Positions 1-7,647 of a stretch of DNA of 64,000 nt are shown piece after piece; within the stretch, counting starts at the first letter, position 1, and every line of letters starts with the position of its first letter. The notes below the pieces were generated by a model that saw nothing but the letters and a program-made list of their open reading frames with translations, was not told where the DNA came from and ran no database searches. Made by a program: the position numbers and the translations under genes. The stretch lies in the sequence record NC_047995.1; one strand, 5' to 3'.

Positions 1-636
1 TCGCATAGGCACTTCGTACCCATCAAGTAAGCCATGTCGCTTATATGCGTTCAGGCGTAGCACAGGTGAACTGACCCGACCAAGTTCCATGATGTTCAGG
101 TCAATCTTGTCAGCGTATATGAAAGGCCGCTCCCGCTTACACAAGATGTAATCTATCTCATGCAAATTAAAGAGTGTGAAATTCATATAGCCAATAATGA
201 ACTCCGCAATCAGCCTGAACGATTCGAACATGTCAGGCCTAAATTGTTGTGTGAGAATCTGATCAACGTAGGGTCTGATCTCGGTACGCATCTCGTACCA
301 ACTCTCACAGAACAATGCAGGGAAGTCTTCAGGGTGATGGGCCATAAGGCCCAACACTTCTTTCTCTGTATCTGCGAAAGAGTATAGGATGTCGGTAACG
401 TCATCGGACGCCTCGACACCTCTACCCGTGGAAATGAAACGTCGCTCAATGTCTCGTAACCACGACTCTGATGCAGATAGGTATTGAAGCAGTGTTTCTC
501 TAGCGGCTGCCGAGAACTCATGCCTGTTTGAGTCAAGAACCTCACCAAGCATGAAGGCTTTCGCTTTGTAGAAATCACTATAGCGTTCGGCGGTGAATCG
601 TCGGAACCCTATGTTATTCCTCAAATAGCCCATCAT
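1..636 (-). CDS. Hypothetical protein, at least 212 aa, truncated by the left window edge and absent from the ORF track
   Basis: My translation gives MMGYLRNNIGFRRFTAERYSDFYKAKAF...YEVPMR with no stop to position 1; its ATG (636) overlaps the TGA of 633..1148 (ATGA coupling). Confidence 0.8.
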   Translation of the reverse strand, partial: MMGYLRNNIGFRRFTAERYSDFYKAKAFMLGEVLDSNRHEFSAAARETLLQYLSASESWLRDIERRFISTGRGVEASDDVTDILYSFADTEKEVLGLMAHHPEDFPALFCESWYEMRTEIRPYVDQILTQQFRPDMFESFRLIAEFIIGYMNFTLFNLHEIDYILCKRERPFIYADKIDLNIMELGRVSSPVLRLNAYKRHGLLDGYEVPMR

Positions 637-1148
637 CGCAATGCCCTCAGATCATTCAACTCCGTGTTGCCTTGAGCGTTAGGAGTTGTATATAGAGAAC
701 TGGAGATACTCTGCAACCGAAGCCCGAGCTTCTCAAGTTCTTGCTGGTTGCCGCCTAACTTATCAAGGACCTCGCGCATGAGATCGACAGACCCTTGATG
801 GTCACGGGATTGCTGAGAGATGATTCGTTCGAAACGCTGCATCGCGCGGAGAACAGAGTTCAATCCCTCTTTCATGTCCAAATTATCGACTGGCGCGGAA
901 TCAGAGATTGACTGAATCATCCTCATCATCTGCGTCAAGTCGGCCTGTAGCTCGTCGTTGTCTGGATTGCTAATGATGCCGCTCTCCAGCTCTGCGTTAC
1001 GTGCTTTAACTTGCTCCAGTTCTTCCAGCTGAGGCAGTAGTTTCCACCAAACGTAGGCACCGCCCACGATCAGTAAGACAACCGAACCGACAGTCGCGTA
1101 GTTGGACGCAAGCAACTTGTCTAAAATTTCCGCCCACATTATATTCAA
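633..1148 (-). CDS. Single-pass membrane protein with a coiled-coil C-terminus (171 aa)
   Basis: Hydrophobic segment ATVGSVVLLIVGGAYVWW followed by heptad-like LEELEQVKARNAELE; coupled to neighbours. Confidence 0.75.
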   Translation of the reverse strand: MNIMWAEILDKLLASNYATVGSVVLLIVGGAYVWWKLLPQLEELEQVKARNAELESGIISNPDNDELQADLTQMMRMIQSISDSAPVDNLDMKEGLNSVLRAMQRFERIISQQSRDHQGSVDLMREVLDKLGGNQQELEKLGLRLQSISSSLYTTPNAQGNTELNDLRALR

Positions 1149-1429
1149 CCCTTACAGGTGTTATCGTTGAGATCAACAATGACTCGTTGAGCACCTGGTT
1201 CGTTTACGTCAGTGGTTTTGTACGTGTGCGCCATCCGAGGCTTGAACTCTAAGCAGCTCTGTCCGTATCTTCCATCTACTACACAAATGGCAGACAAGCA
1301 ACTAACATCTTCCTTGAGAATTAAATTTTCAGGAGATTGGTTAACACTCCTAACGGCAGTGATCACAAAGCCCACCACAGCGATAGCAATGACAACCACA
1401 ATGGCAATCCTAATTCGCTTGGCTTGCAT
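1145..1429 (-). CDS. Small membrane-anchored protein with a Cys-containing extracytoplasmic domain (94 aa)
   Basis: Basic N-terminus KRIR, then IAIVVVIAIAVVGFVITAV, then 4 Cys; GAGG upstream. Confidence 0.75.
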   Translation of the reverse strand: MQAKRIRIAIVVVIAIAVVGFVITAVRSVNQSPENLILKEDVSCLSAICVVDGRYGQSCLEFKPRMAHTYKTTDVNEPGAQRVIVDLNDNTCKG

Positions 1430-1464
1430 TTCTGGTTCTACCTCATGGTCCTTTCATCTGACTG

Positions 1465-1472
1465 AAATTAGC
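1465..1472 (-). promoter_or_regulatory. Putative phage late-promoter octamer GCTAATTT
   Basis: In the intergenic gap, 36 nt upstream of the 1429 start; the same octamer recurs in other gaps. Confidence 0.6.
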
Positions 1473-1495
1473 GAACCACAAGCTATCGGAGGATT

Positions 1496-2524
1496 TTATT
1501 CCTCCAATACACCACTAATCTCCGCAAACATATTTTTGTACACTAAACTACCATCGAGCATGTCCAGCCTGGCTGCCTGTACATAGAGCTTGGGTGTCGT
1601 GCGCATGTTAGCCCACGTCTTCTCGTTCGGGTCAAGGCCGCCCAACATCGGGACGATGACCATGCTAAGGTTGTGGTTAGCACGAACGAAACCAATGTCC
1701 ATGTGTTTCCTGTTTATGGTTCTGATTAGCTTGTTGATTGCGTCCAAACCAACTGGCTTATTGAATTCCGTATCATTGACAGTGTTGACCAGACTAACGA
1801 GAACTCCCTTATCTAAACCGGAGATCTCAAACAGATCCGACTTGAGATCAGCCTGAGTTGTTGCCGAGAAGTACGACACGTCATGGCCAAGATCTTTCAA
1901 GCAGGAGCCGAGAGCGCGTGCCGACTCGATGTGCGCTATGTTGTCATCACGAATAATGTACATAGGTGCATCGGGCTGGTACGTGCGTTTCGTTACCATG
2001 TCGATAAGCTCGCAAGAAGGACGGCCGACAGTGGCCAGCCCTTTGTTTGCGATGAAGAACTTATCTTTGTACTGCGCGTATATGTTCGGAGGCATATACT
2101 TCATGTAGTCATCGTCCAGGCTAAGTATCATTCGAGGCTTAGTGATCTGGACGACGAGTTGCATGGTACGCAGTGAAGCCTTGTACTCTGTATCAGAGAG
2201 CACACGGCTTATTGGTAGGTACTGCACTACAACGAACCGCTCGTCAATCGAATCGACTACAGAGCGAATCAACGTACTACCCAACGTAGGACCTGCCGAG
2301 AACTGAGTAACGATCATCACGCCGTCTTGCACGAGACTTTTCGTTGAGGCTACTGTTGCACCTCTTCCCCACTGTTGTGTAGAGGATTCCCAAGTTATGG
2401 CTGGTCGTTCGTCTCCGCTATCGGCATATACATGAGCTGTGCTACCCCAGAGACAGGCTCCAAGAAGGTAAGCAAGAGCACGTTTTCTGGATCGGCCTCG
2501 GCAGGATTGACCGTTTCGGGCCAT
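1496..2524 (-). CDS. Secreted protein with probable type I periplasmic-binding-protein fold (ABC substrate-binding/sensor-like, 342 aa)
   Basis: GAGGAG 7 nt before ATG; signal-peptide-like RKRALAYLLGACLWGSTAHVYA; alternating beta/alpha pattern with KPRMILSLDDDY resembling the KPD-x-I-x-x-x-DDNA motif. Confidence 0.55.
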   Translation of the reverse strand: MARNGQSCRGRSRKRALAYLLGACLWGSTAHVYADSGDERPAITWESSTQQWGRGATVASTKSLVQDGVMIVTQFSAGPTLGSTLIRSVVDSIDERFVVVQYLPISRVLSDTEYKASLRTMQLVVQITKPRMILSLDDDYMKYMPPNIYAQYKDKFFIANKGLATVGRPSCELIDMVTKRTYQPDAPMYIIRDDNIAHIESARALGSCLKDLGHDVSYFSATTQADLKSDLFEISGLDKGVLVSLVNTVNDTEFNKPVGLDAINKLIRTINRKHMDIGFVRANHNLSMVIVPMLGGLDPNEKTWANMRTTPKLYVQAARLDMLDGSLVYKNMFAEISGVLEE

Positions 2525-3222
2525 AGCACTTCTCCTCTCTCGTCAGTGACGTAAGGAATGCCTGCGCCTTTACCCAATCCATGACGTAAGGCCCACACTG
2601 TATCGGCATTCTCCTGCACGAACACTAACCCTTTGACTTGCGCTTCGTCTGTCGCAGTCTCTAACACCTCAACGCGCTTCTCAAGAAGCTCGGCATCAGA
2701 TTGCAGCACACGAATAGCAGACAGGTTAGAGTTAACACGCTGGTTCATGTTGTTGAACATGGTGAAGAACGAGTTGTTCATCGCCGTGCGAACGCCGTCC
2801 GTATAGGACTTAGGAATTAGTTCATCGTTGTCAAAGACGGTTACGCCTGTGCGAGCGAGAACTTTACCGGTAAGACGTCCACCACTTGCGCTAATGATTT
2901 GAGGAGCAGGTAAATCTGACTCGTCCCAAATCTGAACAGTGGTCATCACCGTATTGTAATCAGTCTCTTCCTGCCACGTATTCTTATACGGAGCAGAAGC
3001 TGCTTTCGACTTACGACGCATGACTTTCTTATAGCCAGCGTTTGCGCCATCAGCGATAATCCAGAGACCGTTTAGTGGAAATACGTGAGTAATCGGTTCA
3101 GCAAACGAAAGAATGATCGTAACGTCTGCGCCTACCTTGTACGCAATATCGTTCGACGCTGACAGACCTTGCTGTTGGGCAAGATTAATCAACGTGTCCA
3201 CGTAGTTAGTCAACTGGCTCAT
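2395..3222 (-). CDS. Putative virion/fibre-associated protein with a short coiled coil (275 aa)
   Basis: Long ORF with GGAG RBS, downstream of fibre genes; coiled coil LQSDAELLEKRVEVLE. Confidence 0.6.
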   Translation of the reverse strand: MSQLTNYVDTLINLAQQQGLSASNDIAYKVGADVTIILSFAEPITHVFPLNGLWIIADGANAGYKKVMRRKSKAASAPYKNTWQEETDYNTVMTTVQIWDESDLPAPQIISASGGRLTGKVLARTGVTVFDNDELIPKSYTDGVRTAMNNSFFTMFNNMNQRVNSNLSAIRVLQSDAELLEKRVEVLETATDEAQVKGLVFVQENADTVWALRHGLGKGAGIPYVTDERGEVLWPETVNPAEADPENVLLLTFLEPVSGVAQLMYMPIAETNDQP

Positions 3223-3682
3223 CCGAAACTCCTAACGATAATAAAAGTGAAGAACTTGTATCGGAGAAGGCCTTAGCGATATGAGAGGCGGCAGCCTTAT
3301 CGACAACGAGAGTGCTGATTCTGCCTTTGGTGTTACACACAATAGTCTGCGGAGCATACTGCGCGAGCGCCAGAGCGAATAGCAGATGATTGCCGAGATC
3401 ACCCGAGATAGATACCTCAACGTCCAATTCAGGAACGTAAATGTTCTGGTTGATTTCAGCAACGAACTGCGCCAGCGCAACGGGGTCGAACTCAGGAGGC
3501 GCTGTATCATAACCTTCAACAAGATCAATCTGACCTGTCTCAGGGTAGTAACGGAAAGCGGCAGGGTCTGAAAGGATTCTGCCAAACAGGTCATCGCTAA
3601 CTTCAATGCAAGACTCGTCCGTCTTCTCTCTAACACGACCAACGATGCTGTTGTTCGCTTGGTTAATACGAATGATAGGCAT
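3206..3682 (-). CDS. Hypothetical protein, possible fibre assembly chaperone (158 aa)
   Basis: Directly follows a collagen-like fibre gene; function inferred from position and size only. Confidence 0.45.
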   Translation of the reverse strand: MPIIRINQANNSIVGRVREKTDESCIEVSDDLFGRILSDPAAFRYYPETGQIDLVEGYDTAPPEFDPVALAQFVAEINQNIYVPELDVEVSISGDLGNHLLFALALAQYAPQTIVCNTKGRISTLVVDKAAASHIAKAFSDTSSSLLLSLGVSDEPVD

Positions 3683-3684
3683 CG

Positions 3685-4506
3685 TTAGTCTCCTACTGCC
3701 GTGTACCAGAAGTCCCAGCCGACAGTGTTAGTGCCGCTAGACTTAATGGTAAAGCCACCTAACAAGGCGTTCTCGTTCATCGCACTGGTGCCGTCCAAGT
3801 TATACAGCGTGAAAGTCTTGGACTGGTTCGTTGCTGCGTTCACAAACGTAATGTGAAGGCTGATACAACGGTTGATGAACGGGCTATTGAAGATAACGTG
3901 CAGCGTGTCAGTTGTCGATTTGTTCACGACTCGACCCATGTTGTGGGTGAAGCCTGTGTTCATATTTCGATTGCTACCAATCCACGCGTTCGCAATAGGT
4001 GCACCAGTTACTGGGTCGAGTGCTTGCGCTGTGCGATATTCATCAATCGCTGCGTCACGCCCTGGACTACCAGTAGGGCCAGTTGCTCCAGTAGGACCGA
4101 CTGAGCCTGTGTTACCTGTAGCACCTACAGGACCTGTGTTACCAGTAGGCCCATTACGACCACGGGGGCCGCGAGGACCGGGACAGCCATCAGTGCCGTC
4201 ACGACCATCGCGTCCGTTAGTACCAGAGAGACCGCGTAAGCCGTCTTTACCCTGTTTCCCTTCACGACCAGACTTGAGCTGATCAGCAGTAGGCAAACCA
4301 ATTACGTTTGACTGACTGCCGTCTGGCCAGATGATTGAAAGTGTACCTGTATTGGTATCGAACTGAGCACCCTGAGCACCTGGAATCTTCGCGGCTTCTT
4401 GCGGGTCAATGAACGCAACAGCCGTGGACGTCTTCTTACCCAGCACTTTACCTACAGGGTCTTTACCACCGTCGATAAGTGATGGGCTAATTCTTGTAAG
4501 AGACAT
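3685..4506 (-). CDS. Collagen-like fibre protein D (273 aa, 24 Gly-X-Y triplets)
   Basis: Uninterrupted GRE..GCP..GRD triplets, preceded by FDTNTGTL..GLPT; globular C-terminal domain. Confidence 0.85.
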   Translation of the reverse strand: MSLTRISPSLIDGGKDPVGKVLGKKTSTAVAFIDPQEAAKIPGAQGAQFDTNTGTLSIIWPDGSQSNVIGLPTADQLKSGREGKQGKDGLRGLSGTNGRDGRDGTDGCPGPRGPRGRNGPTGNTGPVGATGNTGSVGPTGATGPTGSPGRDAAIDEYRTAQALDPVTGAPIANAWIGSNRNMNTGFTHNMGRVVNKSTTDTLHVIFNSPFINRCISLHITFVNAATNQSKTFTLYNLDGTSAMNENALLGGFTIKSSGTNTVGWDFWYTAVGD

Positions 4507-4516
4507 GGGTGAACTC

Positions 4517-4720
4517 CTAACCAGTCAGTGTTGTCCAATCAGGTTGGCCCGATTGTCCGGCTTCGGGATTTTTGACTTTCGTGTTATTGATAGTCATACG
4601 AATCCAACGGACCGTTCCGTCCGTATCTTGCCACCGAACCTTCGTCCCACCGTATGCTAAATTAGCTACCCATCTGTCTCTGCTCGGGTCTTTGAATGCT
4701 AAACGTGCATATGCAGGCAT
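4517..4720 (-). CDS. Small virion protein resembling the N-terminus of 7648..9666 (67 aa)
   Basis: GGAG RBS, fills the gap exactly; RWIRMTINNTKVKNP resembles DWTPLTPEKFSVRNQ. Confidence 0.7.
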   Translation of the reverse strand: MPAYARLAFKDPSRDRWVANLAYGGTKVRWQDTDGTVRWIRMTINNTKVKNPEAGQSGQPDWTTLTG

Positions 4721-4729
4721 ACGCTCTCC

Positions 4730-7606
4730 TTATTCGATTTCACTCGGTTCCCAACATAGAATAGGACGGCGCCACACCTGGAACACACCGATAGGGTTCG
4801 AACGGAAGTCATCAATGTAAGCATCGAAAGTACGTCCGCCACTGTTGCCGCTAGCCATGAGTGTCTGCAAGTTAGACAGCCAAGAAGCACGTCCACCAGA
4901 GTCAGCTTCAAACAATCCTTCCCACACCATGTCGAATGCGCCGCGCCACGCGTTGAAGTGATGAGAAGAATATGCACCATCACCAACTGAACACAGCACC
5001 ATGTACTGGTAGTCTTTCACGCACGGAATCATGTAGTCATTCCCACGTGGGATAGCAGTGCCGTTATTGTTGAAGATACACTCCCAACCAGTACGGTCTG
5101 CGGCGCCTGTCGTCAAGAACAGGGGACGACGAATGATCATCATAATTCCGTTCGCCCAGCCGTCATTGCTTGACTTCTCGCAATACGCATTGCAGCGTAA
5201 CGCACGGTCAACGGTAAACGTGGTAGAGTTTGAGAAGTCACGGCTGTAGAAGTTCGAACCCCACTTAGGAAGATACTCTGCTGGTGGTACGAAGAAGTGA
5301 CGTTCAGCCAATTCAACTTCACCATAAGCATCATACGCAAACACGATGTACTCGAAGCCTGCTTCAATCTGAATGTTATGACCCTGTGAGCCATAGCCAC
5401 TCCACTTCCATACAACCTGCCAATCGTTTGTATCTCGCTCAGGCATTTCCGTGATGAGCTGATATGGGCGCTCGTACACATGCCACACTTTCCCTTCTTC
5501 TGTCGTGTTGATGTACAGAGAGTTAGGGTCATTGATGTTACCGTTAGACGTACCGCAGTAGACTTTGTGTGACGCACCAGCAGAGTTATAGATAGTCCCT
5601 GAGCCTATACCTGCGAACATATCCCAGTTCATCATCAGGTGCGATGTACACATTTCGTTCTGGCCTGCACCATCAGATGTTGAGAGCAGATACTCATTCA
5701 AGTCTTTGAACGCATAGCGAACGTAGTTACTGCCTGCACGGTTAACACGGTGAACCCAGTCGTGCGATTGAACTTTCGGCACAGGGAAGCATGGGTTAGT
5801 GACAGACACGACGAAGTTTTTAGTTTCATACATCGGCAGTTTCTTGAAGCGGTTATCACGAATCGTTACCGTGTGCTTCATGCCGTAGGTCTTACCGCCG
5901 TCCATACCGCCTAACACTTTGTAGTACGACTCATGCGCACTCTTGGTGTTGTCGAACAGTCCAGTGATGCCCATAGCAAGTGTGCCGTCACGATCTGTAC
6001 CTGTGCAGTAAGGCACGTTGCCTGAATCGAAGTCGAAGCCTACAGAGTAGTAGCTGTCAGGCGAACTTGATTTAGGGCCCCAGTAGAGTTCAGTGTAGGC
6101 AGAACCTTCACCGATACCTGGCTCACCGAATACGCAGTACGCAGCACGGTAGACATACTGGCTGCCCTGGAACACACGACGTGAAGCACCGATGCGATAC
6201 ATAGCAGCAGGCAGTCCGCCCTGCACACGGTTAACGTCCGCAGTATCATACGACACAACGAAGACGTAACAGTCGGTTCCAATCGAGTTGAGGAACGCAG
6301 CACATGCGGCAGCATTGGCAACACCTGGGTTAGTACCTTCGGCAGATGCGTGAATGTCAAACGCTCGGCGCTCAAGAAGTGCAAGATCAGACTTACGAAT
6401 CTTATAGACATTTAGGCCACGAGAGTCGTTGTACTGTACACCGTTATATATCGTGTAGCCGTGATCGCCTGTGTCAAGATAGCGCTGATAGCCAACGACA
6501 TGCGAGAACAGTCTGCTACGTGCCTGCAACGCTTGGCCATTCTGATTCGACCAACTGACAGACACATCACCAGCAGCAAGACGCGCTGCCCAGTCATCAG
6601 GCTTGTAGGGGAACGTGGTCACATCGAAGTTAACACCGTACGCCGAACCAGGTTCTACGCAGCATGGATTGCGATAAATAACAGGCGGGTCAACCACAAT
6701 ATCATCAGGGATATCGACCTGTCCGCAATACATCTGCTTCCATGTACCAGGCTGGCCACCTAGCGAAGAAGGTCCTGCAGGAGCTGCACCAGTGAACTGA
6801 TAGATAGCAGACAGACGATAGTTAATCTGGTTGTGCAGCTGAGGCACGTTCGTCCACGAAATGTGATTGCCGAACGAGTTAACGGCCTTAGCGCGAGCAG
6901 CAGAGGTAGAGACAACGTATGCCTGACCGTTACTGCGAATACCTAACGGGTTGAAGATGGCGTTGAAGTTCACGTTCCCTTCATACGCGTTCTTTTGAAT
7001 CACGATAAGACTGACGCCGTTGCGATGCGCTTCACGTAAAGCCGTGAGCATCTGCGTAGGCATACTTTGGTTCGTCGCAGACAGCAGCAGCATTACGCAA
7101 CTAAACTGTTTGAAGTAGCGGTAGTCACCATTGTAGCCGTATGCACCTGCGTTAATCTCCTGCCAGCTATGTGCGAACATGTCCAGAGGCATGCGCTGCA
7201 TATAACCGACAAGCTGTCCCCACGACTCCATCGCACTATCATCATTGACAGGAGCAAGGTCGGAGATGACAAGCATCGAACTGCCGTTCGTAATGTTTGC
7301 GTTATAGCCCCGCTGAGTCAGGAAGTGACGCAACGCACCCATGTTGTTAACGCTCTTATTGCGGAAGTTCCCTAACCAGCCATAGTTAGCATCGACGAGA
7401 GGGCTACCCTCACGAACGAAACGACCATTCATGTAGATAGCGCCAAAGCCACACACGTAAGCGAGAGAGTGGCCATCTACAACAAACGAGGTGAAGCGTG
7501 ACGCATCGACTGCCATAGCATCGACAGCAGACTCGGAACCATTGCCAGGGCTACCGCTGAACACAGGAGTAATGCCTCGTGCGTACAGGCAACTTTGTTG
7601 CAGCAT
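4730..7606 (-). CDS. Large multidomain fibre/adhesin protein with an ILEI/PANDER-like domain (958 aa)
   Basis: RGLNVYKI..FDIH..AAFLNSIG..VFVVSYD..RIGAS..YRAAYCVFGEPGIGEG follows the ILEI pattern; three C-terminal repeats. Confidence 0.7.
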   Translation of the reverse strand: MLQQSCLYARGITPVFSGSPGNGSESAVDAMAVDASRFTSFVVDGHSLAYVCGFGAIYMNGRFVREGSPLVDANYGWLGNFRNKSVNNMGALRHFLTQRGYNANITNGSSMLVISDLAPVNDDSAMESWGQLVGYMQRMPLDMFAHSWQEINAGAYGYNGDYRYFKQFSCVMLLLSATNQSMPTQMLTALREAHRNGVSLIVIQKNAYEGNVNFNAIFNPLGIRSNGQAYVVSTSAARAKAVNSFGNHISWTNVPQLHNQINYRLSAIYQFTGAAPAGPSSLGGQPGTWKQMYCGQVDIPDDIVVDPPVIYRNPCCVEPGSAYGVNFDVTTFPYKPDDWAARLAAGDVSVSWSNQNGQALQARSRLFSHVVGYQRYLDTGDHGYTIYNGVQYNDSRGLNVYKIRKSDLALLERRAFDIHASAEGTNPGVANAAACAAFLNSIGTDCYVFVVSYDTADVNRVQGGLPAAMYRIGASRRVFQGSQYVYRAAYCVFGEPGIGEGSAYTELYWGPKSSSPDSYYSVGFDFDSGNVPYCTGTDRDGTLAMGITGLFDNTKSAHESYYKVLGGMDGGKTYGMKHTVTIRDNRFKKLPMYETKNFVVSVTNPCFPVPKVQSHDWVHRVNRAGSNYVRYAFKDLNEYLLSTSDGAGQNEMCTSHLMMNWDMFAGIGSGTIYNSAGASHKVYCGTSNGNINDPNSLYINTTEEGKVWHVYERPYQLITEMPERDTNDWQVVWKWSGYGSQGHNIQIEAGFEYIVFAYDAYGEVELAERHFFVPPAEYLPKWGSNFYSRDFSNSTTFTVDRALRCNAYCEKSSNDGWANGIMMIIRRPLFLTTGAADRTGWECIFNNNGTAIPRGNDYMIPCVKDYQYMVLCSVGDGAYSSHHFNAWRGAFDMVWEGLFEADSGGRASWLSNLQTLMASGNSGGRTFDAYIDDFRSNPIGVFQVWRRPILCWEPSEIE

Positions 7607-7624
7607 GTTATGTCCTTAGATCGA

Positions 7625-7646
7625 GAAGAGGGGCCGAAGCCCCTTC
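7625..7646 (-). terminator. UUCG-loop hairpin (weak terminator or stabilising hairpin)
   Basis: AGGGGC-TTCG-GCCCCT on the minus strand just after the 7648 stop; poor U-tract. Confidence 0.5.
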
Positions 7647-7647
7647 T

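Noticed and set aside
210-578. Track ORF of 122 aa (minus) and 160..387 (plus)
   Set aside because: They overlap the longer, coupled frame 1..636; no RBS and no protein-like composition
4659-4666. Exact GCTAATTT copies inside genes (4659 and 61473)
   Set aside because: They lie within coding sequence (A-N-L/F codons), 150-190 nt from the next start; they could be internal promoters but cannot be told from chance
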